Program-made: the position numbers and the translations under genes | In this document: piece by piece, positions 19,492 through 29,874 of the stretch | How positions within the stretch are numbered: position 1 is the first letter of the stretch | How the letters are laid out: each line of letters opens with the position of its first letter | Assembly (NCBI GenBank): GCA_031459915.1 | Contig: JAVKHO010000002.1 | Location: 23,952-87,951, forward strand | Source of the DNA: Candidatus Tepidifontimicrobium thermophilum | GTDB taxonomy: Bacteria; Sysuimicrobiota; Sysuimicrobiia; Sysuimicrobiales; Sysuimicrobiaceae | Length of the DNA: 64,000 nucleotides | Direction: 5' to 3' | Notes under the pieces: generated by a model | What the model saw: only the letters and a program-made list of their open reading frames with translations | Database searches by the model: none | What the model was told of the DNA's origin: nothing

Positions 19492-20207
19492 GGCACCAGC
19501 AGCCGCCCACACGCGGGGCAGGCTAGCGGCTGCCCGTCCTCGCCAGACCTCAACCGCTCGCGGAATGCGGCGGCCAAGCTCACGTGGCAGCCGCCGCAGG
19601 CCTCACCGACCAGCCTCACCACGGGCGGCTGCAGCCGCTGGCGCAGGCGCTCGTACCGCTCCACCAGCTCGGGGTCCATGAGGGAAACCTGCGCGTGTCT
19701 GCGCTGCCGCAGGGCCTCCAGCTCGGCCTCCAGGGCCCTGGACCGCGCCGTGCGGTCCTCCACGGCGGCGCGGTACGCCGCCTCCAGGTTCCGCAGTTCG
19801 CCGTCCAGCTCCTCCAGCTCGCGCTCCACGGACTCCGCCTCTTCCATCTGTTCGAGGACCCACGTCTCCAGCTCCGCGTGCTGGCGGGCCAGACTGTCCA
19901 GCTCCCGCTGCAGGTTCACCAGCTCTTTGGGGTTCAGCCGGCCGCTGTAGAGTTCTCGCTCCAGCCGCTGTCGCTTCTCCCGCAGGGACTCCAGCTGTAG
20001 CTCCGCAGCCCGTTGGGCGGACCGGACCTGCCGGGCACGTGACCGCAGGGACTCCAGTCGCTCCCGCAGCTCCGCCAGGCGCGCCGCGGTCCCTCCGTCG
20101 TCAGCCAGCGCGTCCGCGGCCGCCTGCCGCTCCGCGATGGCCGCGTCCAGGAGGTGAAGGCTCCACAGGGCCTCCCGAGGGTCCATCGCCATGGTGTTCC
20201 CCGCCAC
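19488..20207 (-). CDS. COG1579-type coiled-coil protein with C-terminal C4 zinc ribbon
   Basis: Long Glu/Arg/Leu coiled coil ending in CGGCHVS...CPACGRLL. The COG1579-rnhA pairing is a conserved neighbourhood. Confidence 0.75.
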   Translation of the reverse strand: MAGNTMAMDPREALWSLHLLDAAIAERQAAADALADDGGTAARLAELRERLESLRSRARQVRSAQRAAELQLESLREKRQRLERELYSGRLNPKELVNLQRELDSLARQHAELETWVLEQMEEAESVERELEELDGELRNLEAAYRAAVEDRTARSRALEAELEALRQRRHAQVSLMDPELVERYERLRQRLQPPVVRLVGEACGGCHVSLAAAFRERLRSGEDGQPLACPACGRLLVP

Positions 20208-20235
20208 GCCACCGGACCCCTGCCGACCCCCAGGT

Positions 20236-20886
20236 CTAACGTCCTCCGAGCGCGTCCACCAGACGCGCCACGGCCGAGGCGGGATCGGGGGCGCGCACCA
20301 CCGCAGACACCACCGCCACCCCCGCGGCCCCGGCAGCCAGGCACGCGCCCACGCGCTCCGCGGTGATCCCGCCGACCGCCAGCACGGGCCGGCGGCTTAG
20401 AGCACACACGCGGCGCAGCGCCTCCAGCCCCACCGCAGACGCCTCCTTGGACCCCGGAGGGAACACCGGGCCGAACACCAGGTAGTGCGCCACCCGCTCC
20501 GCCCGCCCCGCGGCCGCCTCGCCGTGCACGCTACTAGACCGCAGAAGCTTCCTGGCTTCCGGCGGGACAGCCCGGGGGATCGCCACCTCCGGCCAGTGCA
20601 CCCCTGCCAGGCCGAGTTCTTGCGCCACGGCCGCGGGGCCGTTCAGGACCACGGGGAGCCGGCCCGCCAGCACCTCCCTCGCTCGCGCCGCGAGATCCCG
20701 GAGCGCGGGAACGGAGCGGCCCTTGGCCCTCACCTGCACCACCACGGGCAGGCCCGCGGGAGCTTGCGCGATGCGGCGCAGGAGCTCTGTCCACGGTACC
20801 TCTCCTCCCGCGGCGTCCACGTCCGCCACCACCACCAGACGGGGGACGCGGCCCTCCTGCAGAACTTCGCCCTCGCCGCCCCGCAC
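20236..20886 (-). CDS. thiE: thiamine-phosphate synthase ThiE
   Basis: TMP-TENI fold (LVVVADVD...GVHWPE...GPVFPPGSK). Last gene of the thi operon. Confidence 0.85.
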   Translation of the reverse strand: MRGGEGEVLQEGRVPRLVVVADVDAAGGEVPWTELLRRIAQAPAGLPVVVQVRAKGRSVPALRDLAARAREVLAGRLPVVLNGPAAVAQELGLAGVHWPEVAIPRAVPPEARKLLRSSSVHGEAAAGRAERVAHYLVFGPVFPPGSKEASAVGLEALRRVCALSRRPVLAVGGITAERVGACLAAGAAGVAVVSAVVRAPDPASAVARLVDALGGR

Positions 20887-20892
20887 CGCCGG

Positions 20893-21906
<1,014 letters not shown>

Positions 21907-21910
<4 letters not shown>

Positions 21911-23025
21911 TCCAACACCGCGAAGCGCCGGGGATCCACAGCGTCGGCCATGGGGTGGCGGCCTCCCTCCAGCTGCTGTCTTAGCATCGCCGCGGTGAGG
22001 GGGGCCAGCTCGACCCCCTTCCGGTAGTGCCCGGTGGCGACGAACAGGGTCCCCTCCTCGTCCACCGCACCGATGGCCGGCACGTTGTCTCGGATGGCAG
22101 GCCGGAATCCCACCGCGACCTCCCGCAGCGGCATCTCGTCCACACACGGGAGCGCGCGTCGGCTCTCCCGCAACAGCTCGTACACTCCGCCCGCCAGGGC
22201 CTCCCGGGCCCAGCCCCGCTCCTCCACCGTGGCCCCCACCACCGTCTCGCCCCACCTCCGGGGCACCACGTACACCCGGGGAGTCCGCACCACGTGGCTG
22301 GACTCCAGCCCCGAGCCCAGGCGCAGGACTACGCCCCGCACCGGCCGCAGCGGAGGCCGCGGCAGCTCCGCGGGCAACACGAACGGGGTCCAAGCGCCCG
22401 CGGCCACCACCACCCTGCGCGCGGCCAGGTCCTCCCCACCCCGCACGCCCACACGCCAGGATCCGTCCTGCCGGCGCAGGGCTTGCACCTCTACGCCTTC
22501 CAGGACCCGACCTCCGGCCAGTTCCGCGCTGCGGCGCAGCGCCTGCAACAGGCGCCGCGGGTCCACCTGCCAGTCGTCCGCCAACAGCAGCCCGCCGACC
22601 ACCGACGGCCCCAGGGACGGCTGCATCTTGCGAGCTTCACCACCCGACAGCCTCTGGGTCCGAAGCCCGAACCGCCGCTGGGCCTGTTCCAGGTGCACCA
22701 GCTCCCGGAGGTCGTCTGCATCCAGCGCCACCATCACGGTGCCCGAGCGGTCCAGGCCCACCTGCACGCCCGAGCTGGCCTCCAGGCGGGCTACCCACTC
22801 CGGGTACATGCGGTGGCTCTGCAGCGCCAGCTGAGTCGTGACCTCCGGGGTGGTGTCCGCCTCCGCGGCCGGTGCCAGCATGCCCGCGGCCGCGGCGGCG
22901 GCGCACGAGCTGCCCACGCGGTCGCGCTCCAGCACCACCACCCTGTGACCGGCCCTGGCCAGTTCCTCCGCGACCGCGAGGCCGATCACTCCGCCGCCCA
23001 CCACCGCCACGTCCGCGGTCACCAC
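21907..23025 (-). CDS. thiO: glycine oxidase ThiO (FAD-dependent)
   Basis: VAVVGGGVIGLAVAEEL Rossmann N-terminus. GTG at 23025 follows GGAGGAGGG. Confidence 0.85.
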
Positions 23026-23139
23026 GGCCCTCCTCCAGAGCCGACCCGACCCGGACAATCCCCGAGCCCGGACTCCCACAGAGAGCCCGCGGGGCGGTCG
23101 CTCATGGGCGGTACGCTGACGTGGGGGAGGTGTGTGGAC

Positions 23140-23230
23140 ACGTGCCGCGCATTCCCTCCGCCGGCATTACCCGGATCAGGTTCGACGGGTCTCTCTCAGG
23201 CCGGCCTTTCCGCCGACCACCCCGTGCGCT
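23140..23230 (-). promoter_or_regulatory. TPP (THI-box) riboswitch aptamer upstream of thiO
   Basis: Minus strand reads GGGGTGGTCGGCGGAAAGGCCGGCCTGAGAGAGACCCGTCGAACCTGATCCGGGTAATGCCGGCGGAGGGA. Downstream CCTCCCCC could sequester the thiO SD. Confidence 0.85.
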
Positions 23231-23239
23231 TCCATCCCC

Positions 23240-23268
23240 ATCGTCGGAGCACAAGGCACCCGTGTCAA
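23240..23268 (-). promoter_or_regulatory. candidate thi operon promoter (TTGACA -35, weak GACGAT -10)
   Basis: A perfect TTGACA at 23268..23263 lies 17 nt upstream of GACGAT; the predicted TSS falls at the riboswitch 5' edge. Confidence 0.3.
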
Positions 23269-23482
23269 CCGCCGATGCCACCCCAGCCAGTCGAAGGCTC
23301 CCGTTCCCTTGCAGCCTACCGCTGCTCGACTGGCTGGGGACCCCGGCCGAGGTCGGCGGTTCCCACTCCCATGTCCCGCACGGGAAACTCCCTACAGAGG
23401 CTCCCTTCAGACCACTGGTCGGGGCGGGCGGATTTCTACCCCGCGAATCGCTGGCGCGCTTCGCGGGGACCCAACAGCCTCC

Positions 23483-23560
23483 TGGTCGGGGCGGGCGGAT
23501 TTGAACCGCCGACCTCAGCGTCCCGAACGCTGCGCGCTAGCCAAGCTGCGCCACGCCCCG
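23483..23560 (-). tRNA. tRNA-Pro (anticodon CGG), CCA encoded
   Basis: CGGGGCGTGGCGCAGCTTGGCTAGCGCGCAGCGTTCGGGACGCTGAGGTCGGCGGTTCAAATCCGCCCGCCCCGACCA folds as a cloverleaf with a 7-bp acceptor stem. It lies 23 nt after the rpsA stop. Confidence 0.9.
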
Positions 23561-23583
23561 CACCCTAAAAGCGTACCACAACC

Positions 23584-24798
23584 CTAGCTCTGCTTTTCCC
23601 CCTCTGGGGTCGGCTCCGCAGCCTGGGAGCCGGTCCCCTGCACCGCCTGCCGCAGCACCTCACCGGCCACAGCGCCGATGGTGAACCCGCTGCGCTCCTG
23701 AGCCGGCTGGTACTGGTTCAGCTCCTCCCGCTCCCGCTGCTGGCGCAGCCGACGGACGCTCACCACCATGCGGCGGCCCTCCGGCTTGATCTCGGTGACC
23801 ACCGCCTCCACGGTGGTCCCCACCTGTACCAGCTCCTCCACTTTCTGCCCCCTCCGCTCCGCCAGCTCGCTCAGGGGCAGGAACGCGTCCACGTCCTTCA
23901 ACCTCACGAAGGCGCCCGACGGTGCCAGGCGCACCACCTTGCCCCGCACCACGTCCCCTTCCCGGTAGCGGGAGCGGATGTCCACCCACGGGTCCGGCAG
24001 CACCTGCTTGAGGCTCAAGCTGATCTTCCCTGCCCCGGGATCCACCCGGATCACCCGCAGGCGCAGGGTCTGGCCCCGCCGCACCACCTCCGAAGGGTGC
24101 TTGATGTACGTCCACGCCATCTCGCTGATGGGCAGCAGGGCGTCCACCCCGCCCAGGTCGACGAACGCACCGAAGTCCGTGATCCGGCGGACCACGCCCT
24201 CCACCTCGTCCCCTTCCCGCAGGGTGTTGAACAGCTCCTCCCGGCGCCGGGCGCGCTCTTCCTCCACCGCCTGCTTGTGGGACAGGATCACCCGGTTCCG
24301 CTCGCGGTCGATCTCGATGACCTTGAGGGGCACACTCTCCCCCACCAGGTTCTCGAACCTCCGGCCCTTCACCCGGGTCAGGTCGATGTGGGAGCCGGGC
24401 ACGAAGCCCCGCAGGCCCACGTCCACCACGACCCCGCCCTTGACCCGGTCCACCACCATGGCATGCAGGACCTGCCCGTCCCGCAGCGCCGCCTCCAGCC
24501 GCTCCCAGGCCCTCTGCACGTCCGCGCGGCGCTTGCTGAGCAGGATGCTCCCTTCCTCCTGCTCCACCCGCATCACGTACACGTCGATCTGCTCGCCCAC
24601 CTGCAGGTCCGCGGGCGACTCACCGGGTCGGAACTCCCGCAAGGGGATGAGCCCTTCGGACTTGGCGCCCACGTCCACCAGCACGCCCTCACTGTCCACG
24701 CGCACCACGGTGCCGCGGACGATCTGGCGTTCCTGCAGCTCCGGGAACGCACTCTCCATGCTGACGTCTTCGGCGGGGGTCCGGCTCTCCTCGGACAT
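23584..24798 (-). CDS. rpsA: 30S ribosomal protein S1 (four S1 domains)
   Basis: Repeated S1 OB-fold domains in a 404-aa protein. Confidence 0.9.
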   Translation of the reverse strand: MSEESRTPAEDVSMESAFPELQERQIVRGTVVRVDSEGVLVDVGAKSEGLIPLREFRPGESPADLQVGEQIDVYVMRVEQEEGSILLSKRRADVQRAWERLEAALRDGQVLHAMVVDRVKGGVVVDVGLRGFVPGSHIDLTRVKGRRFENLVGESVPLKVIEIDRERNRVILSHKQAVEEERARRREELFNTLREGDEVEGVVRRITDFGAFVDLGGVDALLPISEMAWTYIKHPSEVVRRGQTLRLRVIRVDPGAGKISLSLKQVLPDPWVDIRSRYREGDVVRGKVVRLAPSGAFVRLKDVDAFLPLSELAERRGQKVEELVQVGTTVEAVVTEIKPEGRRMVVSVRRLRQQREREELNQYQPAQERSGFTIGAVAGEVLRQAVQGTGSQAAEPTPEGEKQS

Positions 24799-24824
24799 AC
24801 AGCCTCCTGCGCGAGCCTACACGC

Positions 24825-24844
24825 GAAAAAAGGGCGTTTCCGCC
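24825..24844 (-). terminator. GC hairpin GGGCGGAAACGCCC followed by T7, inside the rpsA leader and 3' of the HDAC gene
   Basis: Plus-strand aaaaaagggcgtttccgccc at 24825-24844. Confidence 0.5.
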
Positions 24845-24857
24845 CGGGTGCTCCGCC

Positions 24858-24887
24858 ATTATACCCGCGGCCCCGCGGGCGGAGCAA
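24858..24887 (-). promoter_or_regulatory. candidate rpsA promoter TTGCTC-18-TATAAT
   Basis: A perfect TATAAT at 24863..24858. Confidence 0.4.
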
Positions 24888-24904
24888 GGCGACGGCACAC
24901 CGGC

Positions 24905-25942
24905 CTACAGGGACCAGTACGTGGACAGCACCCGCCGGACCTGCCGCACCCGCTCCCGCACCACCGCGTACGGCACCTCCGGGTGCCCGGCGGGTGCCGG
25001 TCCGCCCAGTCCTGCCAGCACCCGCAGCGTGGCCTCCACGCACCCCGCTAGGCCCCTGGGGTCGTAGCCGCCCTCCAGCACCAGGACGACCTTCCCGCCA
25101 CACCACCGCCCCGCGGCTTCCTGCAGCAGGGACGAAAGACGGCCGAAGCCTGCCTCCGTGACCTGCATCCGGCCCAAGGGGTCGGTGTGGTGCGCGTCGA
25201 AGCCCGCCGACACCACCACCAGCTCCGGCCTCCACGCATCTCCCAGGGGGATCAGCACCTCCTCGAAGACCGTTCGGTAGCCCTCGTCGCCTACCCCCGC
25301 CGGCAGCGGGATGTTCACCGTCAGCCCCTCCCCGTCCCCCTCGCCCGTCTCCTCCACGGCGCCGGTCCCCGGGTACCAGCCCTCCTGGTGCACCGACGCG
25401 AACAGGACCCCCCCGTCGCGGTAGAACACCTCCTGCGTGCCGTTCCCGTGGTGCACGTCCCAGTCCAGCACCAGGACTTTCCGGACCCCCAGACGCTCCT
25501 GAGCGTAGCGGGTGGCCACCGCCACGTGGTTGACGAGGCAGAACCCCATGGCGCGCCCGAACCCCGCGTGGTGGCCCGGCGGCCTTACCAAGGCGAAGGC
25601 CCAGGAGGCCTCTCCCCGCACCACCGCGTCCACTGCCCGCACCGCAGCCCCCGAGGCGGCCGCGACCGCGCGCCAGGTCCCCTCCACCGCGTAGGTGTCC
25701 GGATCCAGCCACACACCCGGCGCCCGGCTGGCCCGCCGTACCTGGTCCAGGTAGCCCCGTGGGTGCACGGCCTCCAGCAACTCCAAACCGGCGGGCTCGG
25801 GCTCCTCGCGGGGGAGTCGGTCCCACAGCTCCGCCCGCTCCAGCGCCTCCCGCACGGCCTGCAGCCGCTCCGGCTTCTCGGGGTGCGGCCGCGGCGGGAC
25901 GTGCAGCAGGCAGTCCGGGTGGTGCAGAACTAGACCGCTCAC
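24905..25942 (-). CDS. histone deacetylase-superfamily amidohydrolase (AcuC/acetoin-utilisation-like)
   Basis: LVLHHPDCLLHVPPRPHPEKPERL, HHGNGTQ and DAHHTDP motifs. GTG at 25942 overlaps the rpe TGA. Confidence 0.8.
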   Translation of the reverse strand: MSGLVLHHPDCLLHVPPRPHPEKPERLQAVREALERAELWDRLPREEPEPAGLELLEAVHPRGYLDQVRRASRAPGVWLDPDTYAVEGTWRAVAAASGAAVRAVDAVVRGEASWAFALVRPPGHHAGFGRAMGFCLVNHVAVATRYAQERLGVRKVLVLDWDVHHGNGTQEVFYRDGGVLFASVHQEGWYPGTGAVEETGEGDGEGLTVNIPLPAGVGDEGYRTVFEEVLIPLGDAWRPELVVVSAGFDAHHTDPLGRMQVTEAGFGRLSSLLQEAAGRWCGGKVVLVLEGGYDPRGLAGCVEATLRVLAGLGGPAPAGHPEVPYAVVRERVRQVRRVLSTYWSL

Positions 25943-26613
25943 GTGCGGGCCGGCTTCGCAGACGTAGCTTGGCGCAGGGCTCGCAGGGCCGCGGCCACGC
26001 CCTCTGGGTGGCGGTACACGTAGTACCCGGCCACGAGGACGGTAGCCCCCGCCTCCACGGCCCGGGCGCCGGTGGTGGGGTCGATCCCGCCGTCTACCTC
26101 GAGCTCGAAGTGCAGGGCCCGCTCGTCCCGCACGCGCGCTAGGTGAGACACCTTCCGAAGCATCCGGGGGAGGAACTCCTGGCCGCCGAAGCCCGGATCC
26201 ACCGTCATCACCACCACCGTGTCCACGTCCTCCAGGACCCACTCCACCGCCTCGGGAGGGGTGTGCGGGTTGAGGGCCACCCCCGGGGCGGCGCCCAGCT
26301 CCCGGATGCGGGACAGGGTCCGGTGCAGGTGGCGGCAGGCCTCCACGTGCACCGAGATGCGGTCCGCGCCCGCGGTGCGGAACGCCTCCAGCAACCGGTC
26401 CGGGGCCTCCACCATCAGGTGCACGTCCAGGGGCAGCCGGGTGCACCGGCGTACGGCATCTACCACCACGGGCCCCACGGTGAGGTTCGGCACGAAGTGC
26501 CCGTCCATCACGTCCACGTGGATCCAGTCTGCCCCTGCAGCCTCGGCCTCCACCACCTGCTCGCCCAGGCGCGCGAAGTCCGCGGACAGCAAAGAGGGCG
26601 CCAGCCGGATCAC
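25939..26613 (-). CDS. rpe: ribulose-phosphate 3-epimerase
   Basis: SLLSADFARLGEQV...HVDVMDGHFVPN... Confidence 0.9.
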   Translation of the reverse strand: MIRLAPSLLSADFARLGEQVVEAEAAGADWIHVDVMDGHFVPNLTVGPVVVDAVRRCTRLPLDVHLMVEAPDRLLEAFRTAGADRISVHVEACRHLHRTLSRIRELGAAPGVALNPHTPPEAVEWVLEDVDTVVVMTVDPGFGGQEFLPRMLRKVSHLARVRDERALHFELEVDGGIDPTTGARAVEAGATVLVAGYYVYRHPEGVAAALRALRQATSAKPART

Positions 26614-28541
26614 GGCCGCACCTCCTGGACGAAGCGCCCGCCGAAGTACACCTGCACGATGGCGTAGCCTTCTACCTCCACCGTCCGCACCACGCGCTCG
26701 CCGGGTTCGTGCACCTGCCGGTACGCCACCCGCACGCCGCGGCTGTCGATCACCACGATGCGGACCTCCTCAGGCTCCCCGGGCGGTAAGGTCAGCTCCA
26801 GCCGGACCCTCCGCACCGCCCCGGCCGCGGGCTCGGCGGTGGCCTGTACCGCGGGCGGGGTCGGCAACGGGGGCAGGGGAGCGCCCACCTCGGGTGTCGC
26901 GGGCGCCGTGGGGAGGGCCGGCGCGGCGGTGGGCTGCACCTGGGGCCGGACCGCCACCACCAGCGCGAGCCGCTGGGTGCGTTGGATGCGGCTCCCCGCA
27001 GCCGGGCTCTGCTCCACCACGATCCCTGGCGGCACGTCCGTCCGGGCCAGGTAGCCGACTCGATCCAGGTTGAGCCCGGCCCGGTGCAGGACGTCCCGTG
27101 CCTGCTCCAGGGTCAGACCCACCAGTCCCGGTACGGTCACCAGCTCAGGCCCCTTGCTCACCACCAGGTCCACCGTCTGGCCCCGGCCCACCTCTGACCC
27201 CGGGGCCGGCTCCTGGGACACCACCACCCCCCGCGGGGCCTGGTCGTCGAAGTCCTCCCTCACCCTGCCCACCCGGACCCGAGCCTGTTCCAGGAGCAGG
27301 GTGGCCTCCGCCAGCGGCCTACGGGTCACGTCGGGCACCACGACCCGCTCAGGACCCTGGCTGAGGATCACGGACACCCACCGGCCTTCCCGGACCTTTT
27401 GGCCTGCCGGAGGGTCCTGGTCCACGACCACGCCCGAGGGGTAGCGGTCGTGGTACTGCCGACCCGCCACCGTCAGCTGCAACCGCAGCTCTGCGGCCGC
27501 AGCCTGCGCCTCCGTGAGGGACCGGCCCCGGAAGTCGGGCACCGTCACCTCCGCCACGTTCACGTACGCCTGTAGGGCCCGCCAACCCGCCACCATACCG
27601 GAGGCCAGGGCTACCAGCAGCACCGCGGCCACCGCGGCAGCGGACGGCCTCCACCGCCGCCGCGGGACCGCGGCCGGACGCTCCAGGACCACCGTGGGAC
27701 CTTCGCGCCAGTACTGGGCCCGGCCCTCGAGGTCGGCCCGCATGTGGGCGGCGGACGGGTAACGGTCCTCAGGCCGCTTAGCGAGGGCCCGTCGCACCAC
27801 GCCCTCCAGCCACTCGGGGACCTCAGGGTTGGCGTGCCGCAGGGACGGAGGCTCCTCGTACAGCTGCTTCAGGACCACGGCGATGGGAGACTCCCCGTCG
27901 AAGGGCAGCTCGCCCGTCAGCATCTCGTACAGCACCACGCCCAGGGCGTACAGGTCGGAGGCAGCGGTGGCGGGCTCGCCCTTCGCCTGCTCGGGGGACA
28001 GGTAGTGCACCGAGCCCAGCACCGTTCCCGTTTCGGTGATGGTGGCGGAGGTGAGGGCCCGGGCGATCCCGAAGTCGGTGACCTTCACCTGCCCGGTGGG
28101 CGTGAGCAGGATGTTCTGGGGCTTGACGTCCCGGTGGACGATCCCGCGGGCGTGGGCGTACTGCAGGGCGTCGCACACCGCCGCCGCGACGGCTGCGGCG
28201 CGCGCGGGGGACAGGGGGCCCGAGCGGCGCAGCAGGGACTTCAGGTCCTCCCCCTCCACGTACTCCATGACCAGGAACCGCACCCCGCGGTCCTCCCCGC
28301 GATCGAGCACAGGCACCACGTGGGGGTGCGCCAGGGAAGCAGCCGCCTGCGCCTCCCGCTCGAAGCGCTCCACGAACTCCCGGTCGTGGCAGTACGGCTC
28401 CCGGAGGACCTTCACCGCCACTACCTTGCCGTCGGACAGCCGCCGGGCCCGGTACACGGTGGCCATCCCGCCGTGGCCCACGGTCTCCAGAAGCTCGTAC
28501 CGGCCTGCCAGCACCGACCCAGAAGCCACCGCCACGTGCAC
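26610..28541 (-). CDS. prkC: PASTA-domain Ser/Thr protein kinase (PrkC/PknB-type)
   Basis: VAVKVL, HRDVKPQN and DFG kinase motifs intact. Single TM, three PASTA repeats, Pro-rich linker and a C-terminal beta-rich domain. Confidence 0.9.
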   Translation of the reverse strand: MHVAVASGSVLAGRYELLETVGHGGMATVYRARRLSDGKVVAVKVLREPYCHDREFVERFEREAQAAASLAHPHVVPVLDRGEDRGVRFLVMEYVEGEDLKSLLRRSGPLSPARAAAVAAAVCDALQYAHARGIVHRDVKPQNILLTPTGQVKVTDFGIARALTSATITETGTVLGSVHYLSPEQAKGEPATAASDLYALGVVLYEMLTGELPFDGESPIAVVLKQLYEEPPSLRHANPEVPEWLEGVVRRALAKRPEDRYPSAAHMRADLEGRAQYWREGPTVVLERPAAVPRRRWRPSAAAVAAVLLVALASGMVAGWRALQAYVNVAEVTVPDFRGRSLTEAQAAAAELRLQLTVAGRQYHDRYPSGVVVDQDPPAGQKVREGRWVSVILSQGPERVVVPDVTRRPLAEATLLLEQARVRVGRVREDFDDQAPRGVVVSQEPAPGSEVGRGQTVDLVVSKGPELVTVPGLVGLTLEQARDVLHRAGLNLDRVGYLARTDVPPGIVVEQSPAAGSRIQRTQRLALVVAVRPQVQPTAAPALPTAPATPEVGAPLPPLPTPPAVQATAEPAAGAVRRVRLELTLPPGEPEEVRIVVIDSRGVRVAYRQVHEPGERVVRTVEVEGYAIVQVYFGGRFVQEVRP

Positions 28542-28563
28542 GCCTCCGAGACCTTCTTCGCGC

Positions 28564-29874
28564 CTACCGTACCACCCTCAGGGCCGCTTCCACGACCTTC
28601 TGGCCCACGCGGTTCGCCACCTCCTCAGTTGCCCCCTCCACCAGCACCGCAACCGCCAGGCGTGGCCGCTGGGCGGGCGCGAGGCCTACGAACCAACCCA
28701 CGGATTCTTTCGCGGCCCGCACGACGCCGCTAACTGCCGGCACGCCGCCTTTTCCGGACACCCTCATGGCCTCCACCACCGCGTGCGCCACCTCCGGGGC
28801 CAGGATACGCATGGCGGGCCGCGCCGGGGTCCTGTCCACGACCCCCAGCTCGCCCCGCAGGGCGGTCACGAAGTACGGGCTCACCCGCTCGCCTCCCCGC
28901 GCCACGGTGGCGGCCACAGCCGCCATTTGCAGGGGAGACACCAGCACGCCGCCCTCCCCGGATGCCACGCGGGCCAGCGCGTCCCGATCCCGTTCGTCCA
29001 GCTCCGGGAACCCGCCTGCGGCGGCGGGCACGTCCGTAGCCGGCAGCTGGCCCAGCCCGAGGGCCTCAGCCATCTCCCGCAGCACCCGGCCTCCGAGGGC
29101 CACGCCCATCTGGATCAGCGCCCGGTCACAGTCTCCGGTCAGGACGTCCCGCACCAGGTGGATGCGCTGGGTCCCGGAACCCCCGCAGTCCACCGGGCTG
29201 TGAAGGGTGACCAACCCGCGGCTGAGAGCCGCGCTCAGCACGACGATCCCGAAGGGTCTGCCCGGAGGGTACAGGCCGCTCAGCGCGCGGTCCACCAGCG
29301 GCAAGGCGGGCGACCACCGCAGCTCGGCCCAGGTCTCCTCCAGGTGGTTGGGGTCAAAGCCGGGACGGCTGGCACTGGCCACGACGCCGCCTGTCAGTGC
29401 CACCACGACCACAGCGCCGGCCCTGGGGCCGAGTGCGAGCCACACCTCCCGTTGCAGCCTGGCGTCGAGGGTGGTGACCACGTCCAGCCCGCGACGCGGC
29501 CGGCCCGCCCGCGCCCGCAACGCCCGCCAGGAGTCGGCCTCCGCCATGCCCAGCAGCTCCGCGTCCGCGGACGCCTCAAGCCCGGCCTTGCCCAGCAGGA
29601 GGCTGCGGTAGCCTACCGGGTGGGCGAACACCTCCTTCTTGGGATACACCCGCACCGTCCGGCCGCCTCGGCGGACGCTGTGTGCCAGAACCTCCAGCCG
29701 CCGGTCCAGAATCCGTCCCCGCTGGACCCGGTCCTCAGCCAGCAGCAGGCGCGGGTTTTCCGAGTGGTGGGCCAGGTCCGGCCCGCGGACCACCTGCCAG
29801 TAACCGACCCACGCTGCCACCACCGCGAAAAGTCCTATGTGCAGCGCTGCCAGTCTCCTCAGCCGGTCCCTCAC
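28564..29874 (-). CDS. class-B PBP2/PbpA-like transpeptidase homolog with degenerate catalytic motifs
   Basis: Aligns with ftsI of this window (GWFVGLAPAQRPRLAVAV versus ASFVGVVPADRPQLAIVV). The SxxK, SxN and KTG positions read PPGRPFG, GDCD and SGKGG. Confidence 0.75.
   Translation of the reverse strand: MRDRLRRLAALHIGLFAVVAAWVGYWQVVRGPDLAHHSENPRLLLAEDRVQRGRILDRRLEVLAHSVRRGGRTVRVYPKKEVFAHPVGYRSLLLGKAGLEASADAELLGMAEADSWRALRARAGRPRRGLDVVTTLDARLQREVWLALGPRAGAVVVVALTGGVVASASRPGFDPNHLEETWAELRWSPALPLVDRALSGLYPPGRPFGIVVLSAALSRGLVTLHSPVDCGGSGTQRIHLVRDVLTGDCDRALIQMGVALGGRVLREMAEALGLGQLPATDVPAAAGGFPELDERDRDALARVASGEGGVLVSPLQMAAVAATVARGGERVSPYFVTALRGELGVVDRTPARPAMRILAPEVAHAVVEAMRVSGKGGVPAVSGVVRAAKESVGWFVGLAPAQRPRLAVAVLVEGATEEVANRVGQKVVEAALRVVR

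Noticed and set aside
23400-23482. Possible second tRNA gene next to tRNA-Pro.
   Set aside because: It shares only the last 20 nt of tRNA-Pro. The remainder (GGTAGAAATCC instead of a TTCRANY T-loop, no D-arm or anticodon arm) does not fold as a cloverleaf, so it was treated as a repeat fragment.
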